Assembly: GCA_034432595.1 (NCBI GenBank) | Contig: DAOUBT010000033.1 | Location: forward strand, 2,353 to 66,352 | Reading direction: 5' to 3' | Length of the DNA: 64,000 nt | DNA from: Anaerolineae bacterium | GTDB taxonomy: Bacteria > Chloroflexota > Anaerolineae > B4-G1 > SLSP01 | Part shown: positions 12,878 to 21,657 of the stretch, one piece after another | Layout of the letters: every line of letters begins with the position of its first letter | Position numbering within the stretch: position 1 is the stretch's first letter | The notes under the pieces: model-generated | Told to the model about the DNA's origin: nothing | Database searches by the model: none | Seen by the model: only the letters and a program-made list of their open reading frames with translations | Program-made: the position numbers and the translations under genes

Positions 12878-12934
12878 ATATTCAAAAATTGAATATGCGG
12901 GAAAAATTATACCCACCTGAGGAGGAAATGTCAA
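12878..12934 (-). promoter_or_regulatory. Consensus sigma70 promoter plus palindromic operator of padR
   Basis: Minus strand TTGACA(12934-12929)-17 bp-TATAAT(12911-12906). Perfect inverted repeat ATATTCA-N5-TGAATAT at 12878-12896. Confidence 0.8.
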
Positions 12935-12947
12935 GGGTGGTTTATCG

Positions 12948-13019
12948 GTAACGGCTTACCACGCTAAAACTAAGGGTCGCTTGGGGGGAATGGGCAAAGG
13001 CATGGCCTTCACCTGCCCA
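12948..13019. repeat. Partial copy of the GTAACGGCTTACC/palindrome element
   Basis: GTAACGGCTTACC at 12948-12960 and hairpin TGGGCAAAGGCATGGCCTTCACCTGCCCA at 12991-13019. No right end was seen. Confidence 0.6.
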
Positions 13020-13065
13020 AAACCCAACCAGAAGGAAACAGCGGGGCGCCTGAAAAGCGCTCCCC

Positions 13066-13974
13066 TTATCCCAGCCGCGCACGCGCCTCGGCCACGTCCC
13101 GTTCCATCTGTGCGCACAGCTCCGCCGCCGAAGTGAAGCGCAGTTCCGGACGCAAATAGGCTTCCAGTTCCAACGTGAGGATAGCGCCGTATAAATCGCC
13201 GGCAAAATCGAGGAGATAGGCTTCTACTGTGGGACGCGCGCTGGGATAGGTGGGACGCACGCCGATGTTCACCAGCGCCGTGTACACGCCCATCGGCGTG
13301 TGCGCGCGCGCCAGATAGACGCCATACGCGGGCAGCAGGCGCTCCGGCGGCACCTGCACATTCGCTGTCGGGAACCCCAACTGCCGGCCCCGCCCATCCC
13401 CGTGGATGACCGGGCCGCGCAAGCGATAGGCGTAGCCCAGACAGGCGTTCGCCTCTTGCAGCTTGCCCGCCAGCAGTGCGCGGCGGATGCGGCTGCTGTG
13501 AATCGGCTCCCCTTCCCACATCACCGGCGGTACTATGTTGACCTGATAGCCGTGATGGGCCGCATGCGCGCGCAAAAAAGCCACGTTGCCGCGCCGCTCG
13601 CGTCCAAAAGCGAAATCCTCACCCACCCACAGCGCACAGACCGGCACATAACGCAAGAGCTGCGCCAGGAACGCTTCCGGCTCCTGTTGCGCGAAAGCAC
13701 GGTCAAAACGCAACACCAGCGCCCCGGCGAGGCCCTGATCAGCCAAAAGCTCCAACCGCTCTGCTAACGTGGTGAGCAAGCCTTCGCCATTGCCCCCCAA
13801 CACCTGCCGTGGCAACGGATCAAAGGTGAGCGCCCAGGCCGCGCAACCCGTGCTCAGCGCGCCTTGCAGCAGGGCCTGATGACCGCGATGCACGCCGTCG
13901 AAGGCGCCGATGGCCAGCGCTACCGGCCCCCGCGCCGTAAAATCGGCAAGCGCCCGCACGACCTGAAAACTCAT
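13066..13974 (-). CDS. ribF: Bifunctional riboflavin kinase/FAD synthetase
   Basis: Motifs IGAFDGVHRGHQ, GDGRGRQLGFPTAN, NIGVRPT and LRPELRF. The start ATG overlaps the truB stop (ATGA). Confidence 0.94.
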   Translation of the reverse strand: MSFQVVRALADFTARGPVALAIGAFDGVHRGHQALLQGALSTGCAAWALTFDPLPRQVLGGNGEGLLTTLAERLELLADQGLAGALVLRFDRAFAQQEPEAFLAQLLRYVPVCALWVGEDFAFGRERRGNVAFLRAHAAHHGYQVNIVPPVMWEGEPIHSSRIRRALLAGKLQEANACLGYAYRLRGPVIHGDGRGRQLGFPTANVQVPPERLLPAYGVYLARAHTPMGVYTALVNIGVRPTYPSARPTVEAYLLDFAGDLYGAILTLELEAYLRPELRFTSAAELCAQMERDVAEARARLG

Positions 13975-14849
13975 GCCGGCTCCCACACCAGCTCCGGTTG
14001 CCACAGCCCCGTCCCGGTGGGGACGAGCAACGCCAGCCAGCGCCCATCCGGGGCGAAGGCGCGCAGGGGTGGCGCCGCTTCCACGGCGGGGAGGGCGATG
14101 CGCATCCCGTGCTGCACCGCGCGTGCCTGTTCCGCATCCAGCTCTACGCGCGGCAGATGTGCCAGCGCCTCCGCGGGTGGGATAAGCGCCTCGGATAGCG
14201 TTCCGGCCTCGGCCAGCACCTGCACGCGCTCCAGCGGCAGACACGCCTCCACGCGGAAACGCCCGGCGGCCACGCGCCGCAGCTCGCGCACGTGCCCGCC
14301 GCAGCCCAAACGCGCCCCCCAATCGCGCGCCAGACTGCGCACATAGGTCCCCGCCGAACACGTCAGCGCAATCAGGGCGTCGGGGGGCGTCCATTCCAGC
14401 AACTCCAGCGCGTGAAACACCACGCGGCGGGTGGGGATCGTGACCGTCTCCCCACGGCGCGCGCGCCGATACAGAGGCACGCCGTTCTGCTTGATGGCGG
14501 AAAAAGCGGGTGGCGTCTGCTCCTGTTCGCCCAGGAAGCCCGCCAGCGTAGCCGCGAGCGTAGCCGCGTCGCAGGTCACCGGCGCGGTGCTCAACACCTC
14601 GCCTTCGGCGTCATCGGTGGACGTGGTCACGCCGAGGCGGATGCGCGCAAGGTAACTTTTTGTATCGTGCATGAGGTAAGAAGCGAGGCGCGTAGCGCGC
14701 CCCAGCAACAAAACCAGCACCCCCGTCGCCAGCGGATCGAGCGTACCGGCATGACCGATCCGCCGCTCCCCGCTCCAGCGCCGCACGCGCGCCACCACGT
14801 CATGCGAGGTCATGCCCGCAGGCTTATCAACCAGCAACAGACCGTCCAT
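13971..14849 (-). CDS. truB: tRNA pseudouridine(55) synthase
   Basis: Motifs DKPAGMTSHD, GHAGTLDPLATG and CSAGTYVRSL. Confidence 0.96.
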   Translation of the reverse strand: MDGLLLVDKPAGMTSHDVVARVRRWSGERRIGHAGTLDPLATGVLVLLLGRATRLASYLMHDTKSYLARIRLGVTTSTDDAEGEVLSTAPVTCDAATLAATLAGFLGEQEQTPPAFSAIKQNGVPLYRRARRGETVTIPTRRVVFHALELLEWTPPDALIALTCSAGTYVRSLARDWGARLGCGGHVRELRRVAAGRFRVEACLPLERVQVLAEAGTLSEALIPPAEALAHLPRVELDAEQARAVQHGMRIALPAVEAAPPLRAFAPDGRWLALLVPTGTGLWQPELVWEPA

Positions 14850-15810
14850 CTGTCCCTTTCAAGGCGCGCAACTGTGCCACAATCTCCTGCGCCGCAGCTT
14901 CCAGCGGGCCGGGCAGAGAAAAACCTGCCGCCTGCGCGTGACCACCTCCGTGGTAACGCAGCACAATCGGCGTCAGGTCGTAACCCTGACGCGCGCGCAA
15001 GCTCACCTTGACGCTGCCGTCGCGCATCTCAATGAGCGCGGCCATGAGCTGTGCTCCGCCCGTCTGCGCCACCAGATTGCCGATCTCCAAATCCTCGTAA
15101 TCTTCCACGCCCAGGCGCAGCTTCTCCACCAGCGGGACGGTCGTCCAGGCGATGCCGTCCTCCAACTGCAGGCGGCTGAGGGCCACACCGTGCAGCCGCA
15201 TGACCACGTAGGGTTTCGAATCGAGCGCCTGCGCGGTCACCAGCGCGTAATCCCCGCCGGCGCGCATCAGCCGCGTCACCAGCGTCAGCACCTCCGGCGT
15301 CACGTTGGGGGTCCGCAGTCCGCGCGTGTCGGTGAGGATGCCGGTGAGCAGCGCCGTGGCGATAGGGCCGGCAGGCGAAACGCCCAAAGCGGCAATCACG
15401 CGCGCCATCACACAGGCGGTGGCCACAGCGGTTTCTTCGACGAGGTTCACGTCACCAAAACCGGCGTTCGTTTTGTGATGGTCAATCACCAGCAAGGGAA
15501 CGGAGCCGCGCCATGCGGGCTGATAGAGGCCGCCCATGCGCGCCGGGTCGCTCTGATCCACCGCCACCACGAGATCGGGGCGGAATGTCGGCGGGAGGGT
15601 TTGCAGGAAACTTGCCGCGCCGGGCAGAAAGGAGAAGCTTTCCGGCACGGGATCGGCGCAAGCGACGACGGGGGCTTTCCCCAACGCCATGAGCGCCAGG
15701 CGCAAAGCCAAAGCCGACCCGATGGTATCGCCATCGGGTCGGGGGTGGGCAATCAGCAGCGGATGCTCACTCTTTTGGAGCAGGCGTTTCGCTTGCGTCA
15801 GCGCTTTCAT
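14827..15810 (-). CDS. nrnA: DHH/DHHA1 oligoribonuclease / pAp phosphatase
   Basis: Motifs HPRPDGDTIGS, VIDHH and GGGHAQAAG; usual position between rbfA and truB. Start could be ATG 15810 or 15816. Confidence 0.85.
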   Translation of the reverse strand: MKALTQAKRLLQKSEHPLLIAHPRPDGDTIGSALALRLALMALGKAPVVACADPVPESFSFLPGAASFLQTLPPTFRPDLVVAVDQSDPARMGGLYQPAWRGSVPLLVIDHHKTNAGFGDVNLVEETAVATACVMARVIAALGVSPAGPIATALLTGILTDTRGLRTPNVTPEVLTLVTRLMRAGGDYALVTAQALDSKPYVVMRLHGVALSRLQLEDGIAWTTVPLVEKLRLGVEDYEDLEIGNLVAQTGGAQLMAALIEMRDGSVKVSLRARQGYDLTPIVLRYHGGGHAQAAGFSLPGPLEAAAQEIVAQLRALKGTDGRSVAG

Positions 15811-16261
15811 TCTCATCCTCAAAGAGCAACGCTGTTTCCTCGTCCAGGTCGGTCCAGTCCTCTTCTTCCTCTTCCTCGTCCGTGAGCGAAACCCCAGCAG
15901 CTTCGTCCTCCGCGGGCAGGGTGGCGCGCAGGCGTTGCAACAGCTCCTCGATGTGCGCGCCCTGCGCGAGTGAAGGGTCGTAGCGGAAGACCAGTTGCGG
16001 GATATTGCGCAGGCGCAACACGGGCACAAGGCTGTTGCGCAGCCAGCCCGCGGCTTTATCGAGCGCGCGCTGCGTCTCGACAACCTCATCCGCCGTACCA
16101 ACCAGGCTATAGTAAACCACGGCGCGGGTGGTATCGCGATTGATTTCCACGCCGGTAAGGGTAATGCGCGTCAGGCGTGGGTCGTTACTCTCTTCCAACA
16201 AAATCTGACTTAAATGACGCAGAATGAGCGCGTTCATGCGCCCCTGAAATTTCTTGCTCAT
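15767..16261 (-). CDS. rbfA: 30S ribosome-binding factor A with an acidic tail
   Basis: Motifs NDPRL and LRLRNIPQLVFRYDPS; directly follows infB. Confidence 0.9.
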   Translation of the reverse strand: MSKKFQGRMNALILRHLSQILLEESNDPRLTRITLTGVEINRDTTRAVVYYSLVGTADEVVETQRALDKAAGWLRNSLVPVLRLRNIPQLVFRYDPSLAQGAHIEELLQRLRATLPAEDEAAGVSLTDEEEEEEDWTDLDEETALLFEDENESADASETPAPKE

Positions 16262-16267
16262 GCTCCT

Positions 16268-18046
16268 TTACTCCGTCTTTTCACGTTCCATGGCGTAGAA
16301 CTCCAGGCGGTCCCCCACCTGAACTTCGTTGAAATTGTGGATGCGCACGCCACACTCGAAGTTCTCGCGCACCTCACGCATGTCCTTATCGAAGCGACGC
16401 AAGGAAGCCACCTCGCCCTGAAAGACCAGCGTATCGCCACGCAGCACACGCACTTTGGCGTTGCGGCGCACCACGCCATCGGTCACGAAACAGCCAGCCA
16501 CGCGCCCAACGCTGGGGATGTCGAAGATCTGCCGCACCTCGGCATGGCCGATGACAGCTTCGACGTAAGTGGGGGCGAGCAGGCCCTTCATCGCCTTTTC
16601 GATATCATCCACCAACTCGTAAATCACATCGTAGAGCTGAATCTGCAGATGCTCCATTTCCGCTGCGCGATGTCCAGCAGGGTCAATATCCACGCGGAAC
16701 CCGACGATAATGGCGTTTGAAGCCACGGCCAGGTTGACATCAGATTCGGTAATGTTGCCAGTGCCGGTGTGGATGATGTTCAGGCGCACTTCAGGGACTT
16801 TAAGCTGTTTGAGCGAGTCCACAATGGGTTCGATGGACCCCTGCACATCGGCTTTGAGGACCAGGGCCAGCTCGGTGGCCTGACCCTCCCGGACGCGCGC
16901 CGCCCAATCATCCAGGGACAGGACGCGCCGCTGCGCCGCCTGCGCCTGTTCACGCGCTTCTTCCTGACGCTTCTGCGTGATGGCGCGCGCGGTGCGCTCA
17001 TCGGCGACCCCCTCCAGGTGGTCACCGGGGCGGGCCACCTCGCTCAGGCCGACGATAACCACCGGCGTACCCGGTCCGGCCTCCTTGAGGCGACGTCCAT
17101 TTTCATCGTAAAGCGCGCGCACACGCCCATACGTGAGGCCCATGCAAAAATGATCGCCCACGTGCAGCGTCCCATTCTGGACCAGCACCGTAGCCACCGG
17201 TCCCATGCGCTTATCGAGCTTGCTTTCCAACACGGTGCCGTAAGCCATGCGATCCGGGTTCGCACAAACGCCCATTTCATCCGCTACGAGCAAAATGGCC
17301 TCCAGCAAGTCTTCGATGCCGATTTTCTGCTTGGCCGAAACCGGAATGAGCATGGTATTGCCGCCCCACTCGTCGGGCACCAGGCCGTTCTCGGCGAGCT
17401 GCTGTTTCACGAAATCGGGGCGCGCGTTAGGTTTGTCAATCTTGTTCAGCGCCACAATGATGGGGACGTGCGCCGCGCGCGCATGATTGAGCGCTTCAAT
17501 CGTCTGCGGCATCACGCCGTCATCCGCAGCGACGACCAGCACGGCAATATCGGTGATGTGCGCCCCGCGCGCGCGCATGGCGGTGAAGGCTTCGTGCCCC
17601 GGCGTGTCGAGGAAGGTGATGCGGCGTCCGTTGTGCACCACCTGATACGCGCCGATGTGCTGCGTAATGCCCCCCGATTCCTGCGCCACGACGTTGGTGC
17701 GGCGGATAGCGTCCAACAGCGAGGTTTTGCCGTGGTCAACGTGTCCCAAAATCGTCACCACCGGCGGACGCGGCTTGAGTTTGCTTGCATCTTCACCCTG
17801 CGTGAGAATCTGCCAGGGGGCAAGCTGCTCACTCTCGCTCACCTCCGGCTCGCTGAAGGGCAGCTGGGCCTCAAAACCAAATTCACTCGCCACAAAGGCA
17901 GCCGTGTCAAAGTCAATTTGCTGATTGATATTGGCAATAACCCCGTTCTTAATCAGGGTCTTGATGACGTTAATCGGCGTGACCCCCAACAAGTCAGCCA
18001 GGTCACGCACGGTGATAATCTCTGGTATCGTCACTTTCTTATCCAT
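16268..18046 (-). CDS. infB: Translation initiation factor IF-2 (short N-terminus)
   Basis: Motifs [28 protein letters not shown] and NKID. Confidence 0.97.
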   Translation of the reverse strand: MDKKVTIPEIITVRDLADLLGVTPINVIKTLIKNGVIANINQQIDFDTAAFVASEFGFEAQLPFSEPEVSESEQLAPWQILTQGEDASKLKPRPPVVTILGHVDHGKTSLLDAIRRTNVVAQESGGITQHIGAYQVVHNGRRITFLDTPGHEAFTAMRARGAHITDIAVLVVAADDGVMPQTIEALNHARAAHVPIIVALNKIDKPNARPDFVKQQLAENGLVPDEWGGNTMLIPVSAKQKIGIEDLLEAILLVADEMGVCANPDRMAYGTVLESKLDKRMGPVATVLVQNGTLHVGDHFCMGLTYGRVRALYDENGRRLKEAGPGTPVVIVGLSEVARPGDHLEGVADERTARAITQKRQEEAREQAQAAQRRVLSLDDWAARVREGQATELALVLKADVQGSIEPIVDSLKQLKVPEVRLNIIHTGTGNITESDVNLAVASNAIIVGFRVDIDPAGHRAAEMEHLQIQLYDVIYELVDDIEKAMKGLLAPTYVEAVIGHAEVRQIFDIPSVGRVAGCFVTDGVVRRNAKVRVLRGDTLVFQGEVASLRRFDKDMREVRENFECGVRIHNFNEVQVGDRLEFYAMEREKTE

Positions 18047-18049
18047 ACT

Positions 18050-18379
18050 CTACACCTCCTCGGTTTGCACCGCCGGCTCTGTGTCCGACGTTTCGGGTAA
18101 TTGCTGCGCGTAAGCCTGCAACGCAGCGAGGGTTTCCGCGCTCAAGGTTGTTTTGAGCGCGCGCGCCAGGGCGCCGGTTTTGAGCGCTTTTTGCCAACAC
18201 GTGCGTTGCGGGCAAAGATAGGCCCCGCGTCCGTTCAGTTTGCCACTCGCATCCACGACAACCTGTCCTTCAGCGACGCGCACCAGCCGGATAAGCGCGC
18301 GCTTCGCATCCGTGCTGCGACAGGCTACGCAGGTGCGAATCGGCACGTGTTTTTTGCGCCCTGTTTTTGCTTGCGCCAC
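18050..18379 (-). CDS. ylxR: YlxR/RnpM-family RNA-binding protein (DUF448)
   Basis: Motifs HVPIRTCVAC and GRGAYLCP; RBS GGAGGTG before the GTG start. Confidence 0.92.
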   Translation of the reverse strand: MAQAKTGRKKHVPIRTCVACRSTDAKRALIRLVRVAEGQVVVDASGKLNGRGAYLCPQRTCWQKALKTGALARALKTTLSAETLAALQAYAQQLPETSDTEPAVQTEEV

Positions 18380-18416
18380 CTCATCACCTCCTCTCTAAGC
18401 CCCGGCCTGACCGGGC

Positions 18417-18451
18417 GAAAAAACGGACGCCAGAAGTGCTCTGGCGTCCGT
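18417..18451 (-). terminator. Intrinsic terminator between nusA and ylxR
   Basis: Minus strand ACGGACGCCAGA-GCACT-TCTGGCGTCCGT followed by a T run. Confidence 0.75.
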
Positions 18452-18555
18452 CAGTCATCACGCAATGAGGGGGAGGCAGGATTAAACCCGACGTTTCATC
18501 CCCAACGCCTCACTCCCGCACCCAGGCCAGAGCCAATAAGCTGTTCATCTTCAAA

Positions 18556-20571
18556 CTAATCCAGGAAATCCTCGTCCCAGTCCGCCTTTCCAGGACGTCG
18601 GACCACATACTTGCCATCGTCATCGTCGTAGAAGATCGGGCGTGCCTTGCGCTTACCCTTGACTTTCGGACGCGCCTTCTTGCCGCGATCGCGAGGCAGC
18701 TCTTCTTCCTCTTCATCCTCGTCAACCACTTCCACCACGGCTTCAAAGCGCCGCTTGTCGAAGAGTTCCGAAAGGTCGGAGATTTCTTCAGTCTCGGCTT
18801 CGGCAGGAGCAACCGCGGCGACTTCGGGTTCAGTCGCGCTGGCTTCCACCGGCGCGGCTTCGGCCACGACGGGTTCCACTGGCGCAGCTTCGGCCACAGC
18901 GGGTTCCACCGGCGCAGCTTCGGGAGCGGCGGTCTCTTTACGGGACGCAGGCGCCACCTCGACCCCGGTTGCGACCGCAGGCGCTTCTTCCACGGCAGGA
19001 GCTGCCACGGCTGCGGCGCCTTCGTCCAACAGAGCAAAACCGCTTGCCTTGAGAGCATCTTTGATTTCGGCCAGCACGCGGCTGCCAAAGCCATCCAGCA
19101 TGAGCAAGGATTCATCGCCCTGCGCGAGCCGTTCCAATATATCGCCCACGGTGAGCAGGCGATGGCGGAACAGGTGCGCGCGGGTCTTGCTGGAAATATC
19201 CAGGGTTTCAACCGAACGCTGATAGGCCTGCGCCGGCACGCGCGCGCGGGCGCTTTTGCGCGCCGCCTCGGCTTTGCTTTCCTCACGCGCTTGCGCAGGC
19301 TTCGCCTCCGCGGTAGCCGGAGCGCCACCGTGCTCGCGGCGGTTCCAGGCGTTGCGCACCAGTTCAATGAAAGTCTTCAAATGGTGCTTCTCTTCGTCCG
19401 TGTAGGGATAGGTTTCCTGCTGATGGGCACGGATGATGTCCTGCACGCGCTCAAGGAGCGCCTGCCGTTCGCGTCCGCCCAGCAGGGATGGGTCGGCTTC
19501 TACTTGCTGCAACGCCCAGGTGAGGGCTTCGTTCAGGCCCTGAATGTCCACGCGCCAACCGGTGAGCTTGGCCGTCAAGCGCGCATTCTGCCCGTTCTTA
19601 CCAATCGCCAGCGAAAGGTGCTCATCGAGTACCACGAGGGACGCGGTGCGCCCGCCGGGGTGCTTCTCATCGAGCACGATGCTCAAAACATACGGCACGC
19701 TCAGGGCGTTGACGATGTAACGCGCCGGGTCTTCGCTCCATTCGATAACGTCAATACGTTCGCCGTTGAGTTCGCGCGTAAGGCTCTGAATGCGCACCCC
19801 GCGCGGTCCAATGCACGCGCCAACCGGATCGAGACCGGCCTGACGCGAAGAGACGGCGACTTTGGCGCGGCTGCCAGCTTCGCGCACGATGTTGCGAATT
19901 TCCACGCTGCCATTGCGGATTTCAGGCACTTCCAGCTCCAACAGGCGCTTGAGCATGTTGGGATGGCTGCGCGAGACGATGATTTCCGGTCCGCGCCCGG
20001 AACGCCGCACTTCCAGCACGTAGACGCGCACTTTGCTGTGAATCGTGTAACGTTCACCCGGAATCTGCTCGGCGCGCGGCAGTTGGGCTTCTTCGTTGCG
20101 ATCCAGATGCAGAATGACCGCCTGCGCACTGACCGATTGCACGGTGCCGATGATGATCTCGCCGATTTGCCGGGTGAGGCGCGTGTGTTGACTTTCGCGC
20201 TCCGCTTCGCGCAGGCGCTGCGTAATCACCTGTTTGGCTGTCTGCGCAGCGATGCGTCCGAAGTTCTCAGGCGTGACATCGAGCATGACCGTTTCCCCCA
20301 GATGTACGCGCGGGTTGATACGCCGCGCTTCTTCGAGGGTGATGTCCTGATTCGGATCCTCCACCTTCTCCACCACCTGCTTGGTGACGAAGATACGCGC
20401 CACGCCGGTATCGAGATTGATGTCGGCGGTGACACTGATGCCCTGCGGCACGTTCCAATCGCGCCGATAAGCCGTCACCAACGCCGCCCGGACAGCCTCC
20501 AATACCACCTCCCGCGAGAGGCGGTATTCAGAGCAGATTTGATTGAAAGCCAGCGCAAATTCGCTTTTCAT
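18556..20571 (-). CDS. nusA: Transcription termination factor NusA with a long C-terminal extension
   Basis: Motifs FGRIAAQTAKQVI, S1/KH domains, REAGSRAKVAV and LAIGKNGQNARL; about 320 extra C-terminal residues. Confidence 0.95.
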   Translation of the reverse strand: MKSEFALAFNQICSEYRLSREVVLEAVRAALVTAYRRDWNVPQGISVTADINLDTGVARIFVTKQVVEKVEDPNQDITLEEARRINPRVHLGETVMLDVTPENFGRIAAQTAKQVITQRLREAERESQHTRLTRQIGEIIIGTVQSVSAQAVILHLDRNEEAQLPRAEQIPGERYTIHSKVRVYVLEVRRSGRGPEIIVSRSHPNMLKRLLELEVPEIRNGSVEIRNIVREAGSRAKVAVSSRQAGLDPVGACIGPRGVRIQSLTRELNGERIDVIEWSEDPARYIVNALSVPYVLSIVLDEKHPGGRTASLVVLDEHLSLAIGKNGQNARLTAKLTGWRVDIQGLNEALTWALQQVEADPSLLGGRERQALLERVQDIIRAHQQETYPYTDEEKHHLKTFIELVRNAWNRREHGGAPATAEAKPAQAREESKAEAARKSARARVPAQAYQRSVETLDISSKTRAHLFRHRLLTVGDILERLAQGDESLLMLDGFGSRVLAEIKDALKASGFALLDEGAAAVAAPAVEEAPAVATGVEVAPASRKETAAPEAAPVEPAVAEAAPVEPVVAEAAPVEASATEPEVAAVAPAEAETEEISDLSELFDKRRFEAVVEVVDEDEEEEELPRDRGKKARPKVKGKRKARPIFYDDDDGKYVVRRPGKADWDEDFLD
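18841..18930. repeat. Three tandem 30-bp repeats in the nusA linker (AEAAPVEPxV)
   Basis: GG(C/G)TTCCACYGGCGCRGCTTCGG... repeats with a 30-bp period. Confidence 0.8.
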
Positions 20572-20628
20572 GTACCTTTACTTCCTGTGTTATCCTTTTG
20601 AGAACAGCGTGTCGTAAGCGACTTACAA

Positions 20629-20657
20629 AGAAAAGTGGGGTGATGCCCCACTTTTCT
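20629..20657 (-). terminator. Leader terminator/attenuator upstream of nusA (rimP-leader-like)
   Basis: AGAAAAGTGGGG-CATCA-CCCCACTTTTCT followed by TT, lying between the promoter and the start codon. Confidence 0.7.
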
Positions 20658-20688
20658 CAACGAACCCAAACTGTATGCGACGCCCTAG

Positions 20689-20717
20689 ATTATAACACAG
20701 AGAAAAGGTTTGTGCAA
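20689..20717 (-). promoter_or_regulatory. Sigma70 promoter of the nusA operon
   Basis: TTGCAC-17 bp-TATAAT with an extended -10 TG. Confidence 0.75.
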
Positions 20718-20747
20718 GAGCCGCTCACTCGGACGGGCTACGAGCTA

Positions 20748-20775
20748 TTGACACTTTCAGGAAATGCCCTACAAT
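20748..20775 (+). promoter_or_regulatory. Divergent sigma70 promoter
   Basis: TTGACA-16 bp-TACAAT. Confidence 0.6.
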
Positions 20776-20822
20776 GAAATGTGTAGTTTATTTCCCTCTT
20801 TCTGAGATGAAAGGAGTTGCAA

Positions 20823-21158
20823 ATGACTGAAATGTCCTACACGTCGCCGGAGATTACGCCCGATGATAAGCTTTGGGCTCTGTTGAGCTGGCTGCTTTCT
20901 CCGCTCGTTCCCATCATCGTTTTGCTCCTTGAGGATAAGAAGGCCCGGCCCTTTATCAAGTACAATGCGATGCAGGCGCTGCTTTACGGAGTGGTGGGGT
21001 ACATCGTGGCCTCGGTTCTCTCCGCCGTAATCATCGGCTGCTTTGTTGGCGTTGGCTTGTTCATTTACCAGATTGTGCTCGCGCTGCAGGCCAATCAGGG
21101 TAAATGGGTGACGGTGCCTTTCCTCACCGATTTCTGTAAGAAGCAGGGCTGGATTTAA
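20823..21158 (+). CDS. Small membrane protein, DUF4870/Tic20-like
   Basis: DDKLWALLSW..PIIVLL..RPFIKYNAMQAL and a second hydrophobic hairpin; RBS AAGGAG. Confidence 0.75.
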   Translation: MTEMSYTSPEITPDDKLWALLSWLLSPLVPIIVLLLEDKKARPFIKYNAMQALLYGVVGYIVASVLSAVIIGCFVGVGLFIYQIVLALQANQGKWVTVPFLTDFCKKQGWI

Positions 21159-21172
21159 TCACTCCATGCCGG

Positions 21173-21205
21173 GTGCCCCCTCATCACGAGGGGGCGCTTT
21201 TTTTT
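21173..21205 (+). terminator. Intrinsic terminator
   Basis: GTGCCCCCTC-ATCAC-GAGGGGGCGC followed by T8. Confidence 0.9.
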
Positions 21206-21434
21206 GTAACGGCTTACCCTTGCCCATATTCCGCACTTTCAAATCCAAGACTATAGCCATGCGTTGAGTTTCCAAATATTACAGGATTCCGCCAATTTGG
21301 GGAGCGGAATGTGGGTTCAGCATCAGGACAGTGATTGAACTCGCCACGGACGCAATGCTAACCGCCCGCCTGCCGAGGGTACCCGCTGATTTCAACACGT
21401 TGTGGGTGGGCGAAGGTAAGGCCTTCGTCCACCC
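21206..21434. repeat. Copy of the dispersed element (left end plus palindrome)
   Basis: GTAACGGCTTACC at 21206-21218 and GGGTGGGCGAAGGTAAGGCCTTCGTCCACCC at 21404-21434. Confidence 0.55.
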
Positions 21435-21526
21435 CTGCCCGGCCTGCACGTTCTTTGCCCCCCGGTTCAGGGTGAATCCTGCGCCACGCTCCTGCATGGC
21501 CCCGCCGGGCCGATCAGCTACTTTTT

Positions 21527-21554
21527 TTGACGCCATCCCTCGCTGTGGTATACT
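21527..21554 (+). promoter_or_regulatory. Sigma70 promoter upstream of recJ
   Basis: TTGACG-16 bp-TATACT with an extended TG. Confidence 0.65.
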
Positions 21555-21564
21555 TCCTGTAAAA

Positions 21565-21647
21565 TTCGACGGAACAGGGTGGAACCGATGAGCGGCATAG
21601 CGTAAGGCTGTAGCCGCGTGGTCTGTTTTACCCTGCTCCCGGCTGAA
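21565..21647 (+). other. Long irregular RNA hairpin in the recJ leader (candidate structured RNA)
   Basis: GGAACAGGGTGGAAC pairs with GTTTTACCCTGCTCC; inner GCGGC/GCCGC and ATAGC/GCTGT helices. Confidence 0.45.
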
Positions 21648-21657
21648 ACGGGTGTAG

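Noticed and set aside
13975-14394. N-terminal extension of the 442-aa ribF ORF (likewise the extensions of the nrnA, xdh, LuxR-Kelch and livG ORFs)
   Set aside because: They overlap upstream genes or lack an RBS, are low-complexity, and downstream starts with proper coupling or an RBS exist.
21573-21587. AACAGGGTGGAACCG resembles the T-box consensus
   Set aside because: It lies only ~12 nt after the predicted TSS, leaving no room for stem I. There is no antiterminator/terminator pair, and the downstream gene is recJ.
21565-21647. Hairpin as SRP (4.5S) or 6S RNA
   Set aside because: It lacks the SRP CAGG/GNRA/AGCA domain IV motif and is too short for 6S RNA.
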